IMG/VR virus record: IMGVR_UViG_2932987669_000002
Span: 10,221-74,220 of that record
DNA length: 64,000 nucleotides
Origin: a virus
Reading direction: 5' to 3' (one strand)
Shown: positions 47,503-57,347 of the stretch, piece after piece
Layout of the letters: the number at the start of each line of letters is the position of its first letter
How positions within the stretch are numbered: the first letter of the stretch is position 1
Notes under the pieces: model-generated
Told to the model about the DNA's origin: nothing
Database searches by the model: none
What the model saw: the letters and a program-made list of their open reading frames with translations, nothing else
Program-made: the position numbers and the translations under genes

Positions 47503-50500
47503 ACGAACTCGGCTTGGGCGTGGTCATCAGCATGCGTGACTTGTTCACGAACACGGCCAACCGGGTTCGTTCGTCCGTACTAAGTCTGGATTCGACGGTG
47601 GCGGCCGTATCCAAACGGATCGACCGCAATTTCGATCGGATGCAAACAGGCATGATGGCGGTCGGTGCCGGAATCAGCACCCTTGCGGTTCCAGCCGGAT
47701 TGCTGGCGTCCTACGCTGACACACAGGCCGCGCTCGGCACTCTGGCGAGCCTTGGTGTCAAAGACCTGAATGCGCTCGAACTCGCCTCGGAACGCTTCGT
47801 CAACCAATGGGCGGGCTTCACCAAGGGCGAGTTCATCCGTGCCGCCTATGACGTGCGGTCAGCGATTTCGGGTTTGAGCGACGAAGCGACAGGCGCATTC
47901 ACAGCTAATGCGGCTCTCACCGCCAAAGCAACCAAGGCCAGCATTCAAGAGATGGTTGGCGCGTTCACGACGAGTTACGGCATTTTCAAACCGATGATGG
48001 CGGACCTGTCCGACATGCAGTTCGGCGAGGCGCTTTCCGGTGCGCTCAGCCAAACCGTGAAATCGTTCAAGACAAACGGAAAGGAAATGGCGGACGCGAT
48101 CAAGAACATCGGCGGTGTGGCCGCCATCGCCAATACCCCCTTACAGGAACAATTGGCCATCTTGGGGACCTTACAAAGCTCGATGCCCGGAGGCGAGGCC
48201 GGCACGCTGTACAAAAGCTTCGCGCTGAAAGCCTCCAAGGCGGGGCTGACGTTGGGCTTGAGTTTCACGGATGCCCAAGATCGAATGAAAGGCATTGTCC
48301 CCATTTTGAGGGAGATCAAGAACCGCTTTCCCGATCTGGGAAAATCGATGCAGTCGCGCACGCTTCAAGAAGCCCTGGGCGATGAGGCCTATAAATTTGT
48401 GACCCAGATGATCAAGGGTTTGGAGCCACTTGAAGCCAACATCAACGCGATTGCCGGTGCGATGAAGACCGGCACAGCCAACGCGGAAAAAATGGCGCAT
48501 GCCATGAACATCGACATCGGTTCGCGGTTTCGGCTGATCGGCCAACAGGCACGGAACCTAGCCGAAATCCTTGGTCGCACACTGGTTCCCGTCATCACGC
48601 CGATCACCAACGGTATCTCGGCGGTCCTTTTGCGGCTCCAAGAACTGGCGCGCGCCTATCCCGGATTGACTGGGGGTCTCATGGTCACCGTCAGCGCCAT
48701 CGGTGCGGCCTTGGTCGCGGTCGGCGGCGTCATCTCGGCGATCGGCCTGGTGGGTGTGATCGTGCCAGGGATCAAGGCCGGTTTCGCGGCGATCGCCGTC
48801 GGTGTGAAGGGGGCGATGGCGGCCATCGCGGCCAACTTCCTGCCGATCACGCTCGGCATCGCGGCGGTGATTGGCGGGGTGATCCTTCTCAAACGGGCCT
48901 GGAAGACCAATTTCGGCGGGATGCGAACGACGCTCACCAACCTGTGGACCAAGATTCGGCTGTTTGCGCGAGGTGCGCGTGACCTGATCATGTCGCTATC
49001 CGATGGAACCGGTCAGATTTCCGCCAAACTGCACGACCAAATGAAGGCCGCAGGCGTTTGGGACTTTGCGGTTTCATTGTTTCGGTTGTTCTACCGGGTC
49101 CGTTCGGCGGTGGTCGCATTCGGGAATGCGATGGGCGAGGCGTTTTCAAAGGTTGGCAACATCTTGGCGCCGACAGTCAAGGCGCTGGGTTCCGCCTTTT
49201 GGGAACTCCAAGCCGCGGGAGTGGCCATTGTGGAATCGCTGTTCGGCGTGGGCAATGCGATCAACCATCCCGCCTTTCAAACTGTCGGTTTCGTCGTCGG
49301 AAAGGTCGTAGGCATGGCGGTCCAAGGGGCTGCGTATCTGCTCAAGGGCGTTTTGACCCTGGTGACCGGCTTGCTCAAAACCATCACCTGGGGCATCGGG
49401 GCGGTGGGTGGATTGGTTCGATTCCTTTCGACGACCATTCCCATGGTGGTTTCCGGCCTGTACAAAAACGTGCTCCCGATTCGGTTGCTGGTCCGAAGCT
49501 TCGTTTTTCTTGGCGAGACCGTCTCTACCGTTTGGAAAGCGTTGTCTGGACGAATCACGGTTTGGCAGGGCATCAAGGACATCGGTGCCGCGCTTGGGCG
49601 CTACCTTATGACGCCATTCCGGTTTTTCAGAGATCTGGCGGAGACTGCCGCCGATCGCACAATCACCGCATGGCAGGGCGTTTCCAAAACCTTGATGCGG
49701 GTGGGACGGGCCTTTTCCTGGTTTATTTTCCCGCTTACCTGGCTCACGAAACAAGCGCTTCAGCCCTTCAGGCAATTGCCGTCACTCGTTGGCGGCGTGA
49801 GCGCCAATGTCGTGAAACTCCTGGCCTGGCCCTTCCGATCCCTTGCTCGAATCGGAATGGGTTCGATAGGAAAATGGCTCGGATTGACCGGTCAGGGCGT
49901 TGACATCATTGCATCCAAAGTCCGTTCGCTTTTTACCTTATTGGCGGGCTTGAAGGTTTCGCGGCCCTTCGATTTCAGATCGCTCGTTCGCACCGCTTCT
50001 CAAGGTTTTTTGGCAATCGGGGAGAATGCACGCACGTCGTTGGTGGGTGCATTCCAAATTGGCCTCGAAGCGCTGAAAACCAAATGGCGCGCCACCGTTC
50101 AACATTTCGGGCGACCGATTCAGGGCCTGATCGGTCGAATTCGCAACTTGTTCCGAACCATCAGGGCGGGCGTCCAAGCATTGAGAAATACGCCATTGTT
50201 CCAGGGCATGGAGAAGGCCTTGAGCAAGATCAGCACTTTGGCACGGAACCTGGCGGGCGCCTGGCCCGGTTCGGGAATCCCGGGCAAAGCAGTTGCCGGT
50301 TTGATACCACCTCCCGCGACCGTTTCCGACGAAGCCGCACTTCGTTGGACAACCCGGCCGCAACGCTCCACGCCATTGGCCCCCATATCGCGACCCCTCG
50401 CGACCACGCTTTCGGTGACGCCACAGTTGGCGGGTTCTATGCCCGGCACCTTTGCGGGTCGAATGTGGGTCACGCCTCGCTTGGGTCCCATGCCGGACGT

Positions 50501-50789
50501 GGCAGCCAGGCCGATGGCTAGTTCCAAGGCACGTTCGCGAAAAAATGATCAGCGTCATTCGCGTTTGGCAGACCTGTTGACCCGACCTGAACCCGCGAAA
50601 ATGCGCGGCATGGAAATGGCCGGGCAACTTGATGCAGTTCAAGCGGAACTCGCCGCGATCAAGGCCTTGTTCGCTGCCCAGGTTGACCGACCGATTTCCC
50701 TGAACCTCAGCACCCAGGTGGATGGCCGCGAAATCGCACGCTCCGTTTTGGAAAACATCCGCGACAGTCAAACGCGGCATTACCGGTAA
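47499..50789 (+). CDS. Tape measure protein (TP901-like, 1096 aa)
   Basis: Ala/Gly-rich helical sequence; LGVVISMRD N-terminus; hydrophobic core. Confidence 0.92.
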   Translation: MNELGLGVVISMRDLFTNTANRVRSSVLSLDSTVAAVSKRIDRNFDRMQTGMMAVGAGISTLAVPAGLLASYADTQAALGTLASLGVKDLNALELASERFVNQWAGFTKGEFIRAAYDVRSAISGLSDEATGAFTANAALTAKATKASIQEMVGAFTTSYGIFKPMMADLSDMQFGEALSGALSQTVKSFKTNGKEMADAIKNIGGVAAIANTPLQEQLAILGTLQSSMPGGEAGTLYKSFALKASKAGLTLGLSFTDAQDRMKGIVPILREIKNRFPDLGKSMQSRTLQEALGDEAYKFVTQMIKGLEPLEANINAIAGAMKTGTANAEKMAHAMNIDIGSRFRLIGQQARNLAEILGRTLVPVITPITNGISAVLLRLQELARAYPGLTGGLMVTVSAIGAALVAVGGVISAIGLVGVIVPGIKAGFAAIAVGVKGAMAAIAANFLPITLGIAAVIGGVILLKRAWKTNFGGMRTTLTNLWTKIRLFARGARDLIMSLSDGTGQISAKLHDQMKAAGVWDFAVSLFRLFYRVRSAVVAFGNAMGEAFSKVGNILAPTVKALGSAFWELQAAGVAIVESLFGVGNAINHPAFQTVGFVVGKVVGMAVQGAAYLLKGVLTLVTGLLKTITWGIGAVGGLVRFLSTTIPMVVSGLYKNVLPIRLLVRSFVFLGETVSTVWKALSGRITVWQGIKDIGAALGRYLMTPFRFFRDLAETAADRTITAWQGVSKTLMRVGRAFSWFIFPLTWLTKQALQPFRQLPSLVGGVSANVVKLLAWPFRSLARIGMGSIGKWLGLTGQGVDIIASKVRSLFTLLAGLKVSRPFDFRSLVRTASQGFLAIGENARTSLVGAFQIGLEALKTKWRATVQHFGRPIQGLIGRIRNLFRTIRAGVQALRNTPLFQGMEKALSKISTLARNLAGAWPGSGIPGKAVAGLIPPPATVSDEAALRWTTRPQRSTPLAPISRPLATTLSVTPQLAGSMPGTFAGRMWVTPRLGPMPDVAARPMASSKARSRKNDQRHSRLADLLTRPEPAKMRGMEMAGQLDAVQAELAAIKALFAAQVDRPISLNLSTQVDGREIARSVLENIRDSQTRHYR

Positions 50790-50800
50790 GGCGGCAATCG

Positions 50801-51247
50801 ATGAAGTGGAATAAGCCACCCGAAAAAGGCATGCTGATCGATACGATCAACCAGGAACGACTTGAATTCCCGTTGAATCCTGAGCAGATCACGGATAGCA
50901 AAACCACCAGTTATGCCGCGATCAAGGTTCCAGGATTAGACCGGCCACGGTACCAATTCGTGACTGGGGATGTGCGTAAGATCGAATTCAAGATTCATCT
51001 GTTCCAGGGCCCCGTAATGGAACAGGTCGCATGGTTGCGAAGCCGGCAGGTACCTGAACGTGAGGATGCCAGATTAGTGGCAGCCCCGCATTCGGTGCTG
51101 TTTCTATTCGGGACGATGTATTCGGGGGTGCTGTGTGTCGTCACGAGCGTCAAAGCCGATTTCCATTCTCTGTTTTCGCCAGAACTTGAGCCCATGCAGT
51201 GCGAGGTGAGTCTAGCGCTTGAAGTTCTGGAAGATCAAAAAAGGTGA
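50801..51247 (+). CDS. Tube-initiator / CIS tube-like protein
   Basis: FPLNPEQIT...VPGLDRPRYQF...FLFG; follows the tape measure gene. Confidence 0.75.
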   Translation: MKWNKPPEKGMLIDTINQERLEFPLNPEQITDSKTTSYAAIKVPGLDRPRYQFVTGDVRKIEFKIHLFQGPVMEQVAWLRSRQVPEREDARLVAAPHSVLFLFGTMYSGVLCVVTSVKADFHSLFSPELEPMQCEVSLALEVLEDQKR

Positions 51248-51282
51248 CTGCCCACTATTTTTGCCGGGTCCATTTCGGGCTC

Positions 51283-51321
51283 GTCACTTCCTGGATGATT
51301 TCGGTAGGTAGAAAAGAGAAG
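51283..51321 (+). promoter_or_regulatory. Bipartite motif copy 7 (GTCAC-N13-TCGGTAGGTAG-AAAAGAGAAG)
   Basis: Exact spacing; before the hub gene. Confidence 0.75.
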
Positions 51322-51355
51322 CTCATTTCTCAACTACCGACCGGAGCAGGCCGTC

Positions 51356-52633
51356 ATGTTCCCCAGCTACCACCAACCGACTTTCCACCTAACGATCGAA
51401 GACGAAGACCTGCCCGCAATCGTCACGGAGGAAATCACGGCGCTTACCTTCGAAGATGCCGAAGGCGAACTCGATTTGCTGGAACTGACCCTTGCCAACC
51501 GGAACGGTCAACTCACCGACCATCCCTTGTTCCAGGAAGGCAACGCCATCACGATCCGATTTGGCTATGTCGACGACCTTTCCCCGCCAAAACACTGCGT
51601 GATCAAAGACATCACCTATGACTTTCCGGAAAGCGACGCGCCCCGCATCTCCGTCAAAGCCTACGATCGCGGCTTCCAGCTCTCCGGCAAGGAAACGCAA
51701 CGCGTGTGGACCAAACCGGCACCCGGCATCCTGTATTCCGACATCGCCGAAACCATGGCGGCCGAAAACGGACTTCAAGCGCTCGTGGCCCCAACGCGAG
51801 TGCCCCACCTGCGTGTGGTTCAAAGCAACCAGAGCGATGCCGTTTTTCTTACCGAGCTGGCCAAATCGGCTCGAGCACAGGACGGCGACGGGTTGACCGG
51901 TTACGTCTTCTACGTCGAAGACGACGTGCTTCACTTTCATCCGCCGAACCACGATACCGAGCCGAAGGCCCACTTCGCGTATTTCACCGACGGAGACAGC
52001 ATCCTTCGAAGCTTCCGCGCTGAGATTCGTGCTCAGGGTGTCAAGAGCCGCGGCACCGAGATCAAAACCATCGGCGTCGATCCTCGCGAAAAGAAGGTGG
52101 TCGAACACCGCGCCAGTAATCAGACCGCTGGCGATCGACCGGTTTTGGGTGAGCGAACCTATCTCGTCGACGGGAATACCGGAGAAGCCCGGTTCAAGCC
52201 TTCTGAGTCAGGCCACATCCAACCCGCCTTCGCGCGCGCTGAGTACCTTCACAAGGAATCCGCAGTCAAACCGGAACAGGCCCAGGCCGAGGGCACCTTC
52301 AAACAAGGCGAGTTCTTGCAAGTCACCGCAACGGCCACTACGATCGGCCTTCCCTCGCTGAAGGCCAAACAGAATGTGATGATCACGGGCGTCGGTGAAA
52401 AGCTGTCCGGGGTCTACTACTGCCGGACCGTCCGCCACCAAATCGACAGCAACGGCTACCTGTGCGAGTTGACTTTGCGGAAAAACGCACTCGGCACAGG
52501 CGCGGGAGCCAAGAGCGAGAAAGCCAAGGGCAAGCAAGTCGGCAAGGTTCAGCCGGTACCAACCCCGGCTGGGCCCGACCTAATCCGGGTCGATGCAAAC
52601 ACCGGCGTCGTCCTTGGCAGGGGGCCGCGATGA
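51356..52633 (+). CDS. Baseplate hub / late control D (gpD-like)
   Basis: FED.EGELDLLELTL, QSNQSDAVFL.ELA, SGVYY...VRH. Confidence 0.85.
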   Translation: MFPSYHQPTFHLTIEDEDLPAIVTEEITALTFEDAEGELDLLELTLANRNGQLTDHPLFQEGNAITIRFGYVDDLSPPKHCVIKDITYDFPESDAPRISVKAYDRGFQLSGKETQRVWTKPAPGILYSDIAETMAAENGLQALVAPTRVPHLRVVQSNQSDAVFLTELAKSARAQDGDGLTGYVFYVEDDVLHFHPPNHDTEPKAHFAYFTDGDSILRSFRAEIRAQGVKSRGTEIKTIGVDPREKKVVEHRASNQTAGDRPVLGERTYLVDGNTGEARFKPSESGHIQPAFARAEYLHKESAVKPEQAQAEGTFKQGEFLQVTATATTIGLPSLKAKQNVMITGVGEKLSGVYYCRTVRHQIDSNGYLCELTLRKNALGTGAGAKSEKAKGKQVGKVQPVPTPAGPDLIRVDANTGVVLGRGPR

Positions 52634-53085
52634 AACGAAGTGTGTTGCTTGTCTTGGCGCTTGTTGCATGTGGTCAAACCGGCCCAGGTTCCGAGATCCA
52701 ACTCGCCACTCGGGACGCTGCAGGTTCCGAGTTCGCGTGCCGGCACTGTGGACGGAACCGTATTGATCCCGCTCTGGTCGCCGCACTCCAAGAGCTTCGT
52801 AACCTTGCCGGGCAACCCATTACCGTCACCAGTGGGTTCCGGTGCCCCGAGCACAACCGCGCAGTAGGCGGCGCCTGCCATTCCTACCACTTGACCGGCC
52901 AGGCCGTGGATGTTCGCTGCGATGCGTTGACCCCTGCAATCCTGGCTGACCTGGCAACCCGGGTCCCGCCCTTCGCCAATGGCGGCATCGGCGTGTATCC
53001 CGATCATGTCCACCTTGACTTACGACTCAAACCCACTCGTTGGGGTAACTGGCATGAATCAAACACCTTGGAGGTGACCCCTTGA
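52630..53085 (+). CDS. Peptidase M15A lysin with lipoprotein-type signal
   Basis: Start by ATGA overlap at 52630; SGFRCPEHNRAVGG..SYHLTGQAVD and HVHLD Zn motifs; LVLALVAC lipobox. Confidence 0.85.
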   Translation: MKRSVLLVLALVACGQTGPGSEIQLATRDAAGSEFACRHCGRNRIDPALVAALQELRNLAGQPITVTSGFRCPEHNRAVGGACHSYHLTGQAVDVRCDALTPAILADLATRVPPFANGGIGVYPDHVHLDLRLKPTRWGNWHESNTLEVTP

Positions 53086-53399
53086 ACTCGATCCTTGACC
53101 TGATTTCCAACCATCCGTATGCCGTCGGCTCTGCCGTGGCGTTTCTTGTGGCGCTTCTCAAGCTCACCAAATGGGGCCGGGCCCAAGGCGAAGCGCTGGA
53201 TATGTTGGTGAACATCATCGAAGAACACAACTCCAAACCCATCAAACGGGAAGTGGCCGAAGCCAGCCAGCGCGGCACCCAAGGCGCGGCCGACGCCATC
53301 GACAACGCCGTCCGCAAAGCCGACCGTCGCAAAACGCCGCGTCCCTTCCTGGAACGCGCTGCCATGGAACTGTTGCGCGGTTGGGGCCGCAAGGCCTGA
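53082..53399 (+). CDS. Putative holin-like membrane protein
   Basis: Single N-terminal TM, basic C-terminus, coupled to the lysin. Confidence 0.45.
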   Translation: MNSILDLISNHPYAVGSAVAFLVALLKLTKWGRAQGEALDMLVNIIEEHNSKPIKREVAEASQRGTQGAADAIDNAVRKADRRKTPRPFLERAAMELLRGWGRKA

Positions 53400-53407
53400 T
53401 CAATCAG

Positions 53408-53437
53408 GGGAAGCCCGGAACGACCGGGTTTCCCTTT
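53408..53437 (+). terminator. Hairpin terminator after the lysis genes
   Basis: GGGAAGCCCGG-AACGA-CCGGGTTTCCC-TTT. Confidence 0.55.
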
Positions 53438-53456
53438 CATCGGGGATAGGATTGCC

Positions 53457-54431
53457 ATGCTCGATCACATATCAACGACGACACAACCCGGACACTGGTT
53501 CGGTAAATACCGGGGTTTTATTCGCGACAACAACGACCCGGAACGCTTGGGACGGTGCCGTCTCGAAGTGCCGGCCGTTTTAGGCTCCGGCCCTGATCAT
53601 TGGTCGGACTGGGCGGCGCCGTGCTTTCCGTATGGGGGCAACGACGACCTCGGGATGTTCATGGTTCCGCCGGAAGGTGCTTCGATCTGGGCTGAGTTCG
53701 AAGGTGGTGACCCACAGTTCCCGATTTGGTCGGGGGTCTGGTTGGCGCGCTCGAATCCTGGTGAACAATCCGAGGAATCCAAGCGCCTGTGCCACAACCC
53801 GCTGTGTCACGATTGCGAAGATGCCAAAGACCACGCATCCAATCCCATCGACGCCGCCGAACACGCTCGGTTCCATGATCACCCGCCGTATTACTGCCCA
53901 CGACGGTTGGTTTTGCTCAAGTCGGAAACCGGCCACACGATTGTGTGTGACGATCGGGATCAAGAGGAGTTCCTAAAAGTCCTGGATCGTGCCGGCCAGG
54001 GGATTCATTTTCAGGCCCACGTCAAACGCGACGTGCAGGTGGCCAACACCAAACGGCGTGGCACGCGCGAAGCCGAGAACGGCGACCAACTGGATCTGGC
54101 CACGGACATCGAAGACCAACGCGCCAAAATCGAAATCACCGACATTTCCCGGCAAACCCTTCGGTTCGACGCCTGGCACGACCACGAGAAGATCACCATC
54201 CAAAGCAACGACAAAACCCGATCCCGTTGGCAACGGCTTGTGTTCGACACGACTAAAGGCCGCGAGAAGGTCACGATTTTCGGGCTCGGTGGTACGCAAA
54301 CCATCGTCGTCGACGGTACCGAAAGTCGAGAACGCATCCAGATTCGAGACAAGGCGGGAAGCATGATTCGGATGGATGGCGTCTCGGGCATCCTGGCTGT
54401 CAAGGCGGCCAACAAGCTGTTGTTGGGTTGA
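53457..54431 (+). CDS. Baseplate spike protein (gpV / gp5 OB-fold)
   Basis: FGKYRG...DPERLGR..VP...WA.PC.PY...P..G..W.EFEGGDP..PIW.G. Confidence 0.9.
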   Translation: MLDHISTTTQPGHWFGKYRGFIRDNNDPERLGRCRLEVPAVLGSGPDHWSDWAAPCFPYGGNDDLGMFMVPPEGASIWAEFEGGDPQFPIWSGVWLARSNPGEQSEESKRLCHNPLCHDCEDAKDHASNPIDAAEHARFHDHPPYYCPRRLVLLKSETGHTIVCDDRDQEEFLKVLDRAGQGIHFQAHVKRDVQVANTKRRGTREAENGDQLDLATDIEDQRAKIEITDISRQTLRFDAWHDHEKITIQSNDKTRSRWQRLVFDTTKGREKVTIFGLGGTQTIVVDGTESRERIQIRDKAGSMIRMDGVSGILAVKAANKLLLG

Positions 54432-54440
54432 GGTGCCATC

Positions 54441-55211
54441 ATGCAAACGCCTCGCGTGTCCCTCGTGATGACCGTGCTGAATGGCGCGCGCTACATTTCC
54501 GAAGCCATCCAGAGCGCCGTCGATCAAACCTTCCCCGACTGGGAACTGATCATCTTCGATGACGGCAGCACGGATCGGTCGCAAGCCCTGGCCCGGACGT
54601 GTGCGAAGACGGATCCCCGCATTCGGGTCGTTGCATCCGAACATGTAGGCCGAGTTGAAGCCCTGAATCGAGCAATGGCCTTGGCGACCGGCATCTACGT
54701 GGGTTGGCTGGATGCGGATGATCGACTCACCCCCGATTGCTTGGCAAAGACTGTCGCCTTCCTGGATCAACACCCCATGGTCGGCATGGTGTACACCGAT
54801 TACCTGAACATTGACCTCAACAGCAGGAACCCCAGTTTGGGTCATCGAACGCGAACGCCCTATTCCCCGCAAGCCCTCTTGACCTCGTTCATGGTTTTCC
54901 ATTTCCGCCTGTTCCGGCGTGAGCTGTTCACGTTGGTCGGCGGCCTTGATCCCGAGACCGCGTTTGCCGAGGATTACGATTTCGCGCTCAAAGCCTCGGA
55001 GGTCGCGGAAATCCGCCATTTACTCAAGGCGCTCTACTGCTATCGGCGCCATCCCGACAGCACCACCAGCCGCCACCGATACCAGCAAATCGTGGCGTCC
55101 CGAATCGCCATCCAACATGCCTTGAACCGGCGCGGCCTTGGCGACCGGTACCGGGTCGAATTGGAAATCCAAGGCCGTTACCGCATCACGCGAAAGGACC
55201 ATCGCCCATGA
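54441..55211 (+). CDS. Family 2 glycosyltransferase
   Basis: VSLVMTVLNG...DDGSTD, N.G...A.G.YVGWLDADD, EDYDF. Confidence 0.9.
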   Translation: MQTPRVSLVMTVLNGARYISEAIQSAVDQTFPDWELIIFDDGSTDRSQALARTCAKTDPRIRVVASEHVGRVEALNRAMALATGIYVGWLDADDRLTPDCLAKTVAFLDQHPMVGMVYTDYLNIDLNSRNPSLGHRTRTPYSPQALLTSFMVFHFRLFRRELFTLVGGLDPETAFAEDYDFALKASEVAEIRHLLKALYCYRRHPDSTTSRHRYQQIVASRIAIQHALNRRGLGDRYRVELEIQGRYRITRKDHRP

Positions 55212-55561
55212 ACACCCCTAACGGATCCCACCAAGCACCCCACGGCAACGGCTTCATCGTGCACGCGTTGCGGGACTTCAAAGAAGATGTTCGCACCATC
55301 CTGACCGAACACAAGGAAGCCATCACGAAACGCTTGGCCCAAATCGAATCCAGCCTTGCCAACAAGTCCGACCGGGCTTACGTGAACTTGCTGATTGAAC
55401 AACTTCGTTCGGACCTGCAGGCCCAGGCGGTGGACATCGAGAAAATCGAAGCCGAGCTGGTCAAAAAGATGAACACGGAAGCGATGTGGAAGTTGGTGTC
55501 GGTCATCTTGGCGGTCATCACCGCCTTGGCCGGCTTCATCGGCTTCCTGATCCAGAAGTGA
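55208..55561 (+). CDS. Coiled-coil protein with C-terminal TM helix
   Basis: Coupled ORF ending VILAVITALAGFIGFL. Confidence 0.65.
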   Translation: MNTPNGSHQAPHGNGFIVHALRDFKEDVRTILTEHKEAITKRLAQIESSLANKSDRAYVNLLIEQLRSDLQAQAVDIEKIEAELVKKMNTEAMWKLVSVILAVITALAGFIGFLIQK

Positions 55562-55568
55562 GCGCGTA

Positions 55569-55829
55569 GTGAAACCCGCGGCGCGTCTCGGGGACGCCAC
55601 CAGTCACGGTGGCACCATCGTCACCGGATCGACGACGGTCACTGTCGACGGAAAACCAGTCGTCCGCATGGGTGATGTGCACGTTTGCCCTCTGCGCGGG
55701 CACGGCCTGAACTCCGTCGTGACAGGCTCCGCTCGAGGCCTGGCCGACGGTCGCCCCATCGCGGCGCTGGGTGACCAAACCGCCTGTGGCGCGATCATCG
55801 TCGGCGGCAGTACCAATGCCATGATTTGA
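55569..55829 (+). CDS. PAAR spike-tip protein
   Basis: PAARLGD..SHGG, PVVRMGD.H.CP, PIAALGD.T.CGA. Confidence 0.95.
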   Translation: MKPAARLGDATSHGGTIVTGSTTVTVDGKPVVRMGDVHVCPLRGHGLNSVVTGSARGLADGRPIAALGDQTACGAIIVGGSTNAMI

Positions 55830-55840
55830 AGGATGGAACC

Positions 55841-56149
55841 ATGCCGGTAACCTGGTGGGACGTCGAACCCAAAAAGATTCGACAAACGCAAAGCTTCGAC
55901 GGTGTGGTGGTGCCGGTGGTGATTCGGGGCAACCCGCCGGCGGTGCCCTATCTCGAAATCGGTGACGAATCGATTGCGGAAGCCCATGGAAGCGGCTTGC
56001 GAATCGGAAACAAGATCGGTGCGACCATGGTCACGGTTCGGGCCGGTCCATCGGTGCGATACATTCAAGTCGAAGTAATCGACGAAACCGCGACCGGTTA
56101 CCAGCCTGGCGACGATCCCCACGATCCAAGCACCTGGGGGAACGGATGA
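55841..56149 (+). CDS. Hypothetical protein
   Basis: Start MPVTWWD after AAGGA; coupled to the next ORF. Confidence 0.65.
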   Translation: MPVTWWDVEPKKIRQTQSFDGVVVPVVIRGNPPAVPYLEIGDESIAEAHGSGLRIGNKIGATMVTVRAGPSVRYIQVEVIDETATGYQPGDDPHDPSTWGNG

Positions 56150-56919
56150 TCTTCGACGAGACATACACTAGCCCATCCGACTATTTCATGCACTTGGCCA
56201 ACGAGCGCGCTGTAGATCTGGAGGGTCGCGCCAACACAGTGTTGAACGCTCACGAGCAGGCCGTTCAGGACTACACGCGCCAGGCCGAGGCACCCGACTG
56301 GTACCCGTTTGTCGTGTTGCCCACGGGGACCGAAGCCCGTGAGTTGCCGGACGGGGGACGCCTGTTCATCCTGTCCGATGGAGCGGTTTTGGTCGCTTCG
56401 GCACCCCAGGCCTTTCCATTCATCGATCCCCAGGGCAATCAGTCCGTGTTGACATCCCAAGGAAAGTGGCTCCATCTGCCCGACGGCCGCACGTTTGAGC
56501 TTGCGGACGGTGCTCCTGTTGCTTCCACCAGCCAAGCGGGCATAGAGGGCTTGCCTCACCATGTTGGCTTGATTGATTTGGGCCACCAACGCTATCGCGG
56601 TTCCTTCCCTGACTTCGACCTGATCGTGGACCACCCCGCCCGGGTGGCGACGGTCATCAATGAGACCGGAACCGTTCTCATCCTTGGTTCCGAGATTCGC
56701 GCGGTTGGGGAAGCGATCCAAGTGCATCCCGCCGGTGACGGCGGCCGTGGTTTCCATGCCGACTCCGGTCATGCCGGCTTGGTCGAGTTGACCGGAGACA
56801 TTCGCTTGAGCGCGGCGGGCGGCGTCGATCTTGTGATTCGGTTCCCGGTTCAAACGCAACCGGAACCCGTCGTTCGATCACCCGGGCCCTTTCGATGTAG
56901 TCAAGGGGAGCCGGTATGA
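56146..56919 (+). CDS. Hypothetical beta-rich protein
   Basis: 257 aa, ATGA-coupled on both sides. Confidence 0.7.
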   Translation: MIFDETYTSPSDYFMHLANERAVDLEGRANTVLNAHEQAVQDYTRQAEAPDWYPFVVLPTGTEARELPDGGRLFILSDGAVLVASAPQAFPFIDPQGNQSVLTSQGKWLHLPDGRTFELADGAPVASTSQAGIEGLPHHVGLIDLGHQRYRGSFPDFDLIVDHPARVATVINETGTVLILGSEIRAVGEAIQVHPAGDGGRGFHADSGHAGLVELTGDIRLSAAGGVDLVIRFPVQTQPEPVVRSPGPFRCSQGEPV

Positions 56920-57329
56920 CGGATTTCCTCGGTAAGGGGCTTTCATTCCCGTTTCGGTTCTCACCGCGAACGGGCGGGACGGCGGTGTCATCGTCTACGT
57001 CGTTCCATCCTGACCACATCCACGAATCGATCACTCAAATCCTTGGGACGCGGCTTGGTGAGCGCATCCACCGGCCCGATTTCGGTAGCCGCCTTCACGA
57101 GCTGGTGTTCGAACCCAACGATCGCATTTTGAAGGCCTTGCTTCGCCAATACATCAGCCAGGCGCTTCGCCGATGGGAACCGCGTATTCGCGTGACGTCG
57201 ATCGCGTTCGACGACAACCCCGTCGTCACGGACCAAAACCGCCTGGACGTTCACATGCACTATTCGATCATCGCCACCAACACCGAAGCGAATTTTGTAT
57301 ATCCCTTTTACCGCCAGCCGCCAACCTGA
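56916..57329 (+). CDS. Baseplate wedge gp25/GPW-like
   Basis: FLGKG..FPF, IL.TR.GER..RPDFGS.L, RWEPRI. Confidence 0.95.
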   Translation: MTDFLGKGLSFPFRFSPRTGGTAVSSSTSFHPDHIHESITQILGTRLGERIHRPDFGSRLHELVFEPNDRILKALLRQYISQALRRWEPRIRVTSIAFDDNPVVTDQNRLDVHMHYSIIATNTEANFVYPFYRQPPT

Positions 57330-57347
57330 TTGCTTGGAGTATTCCCC

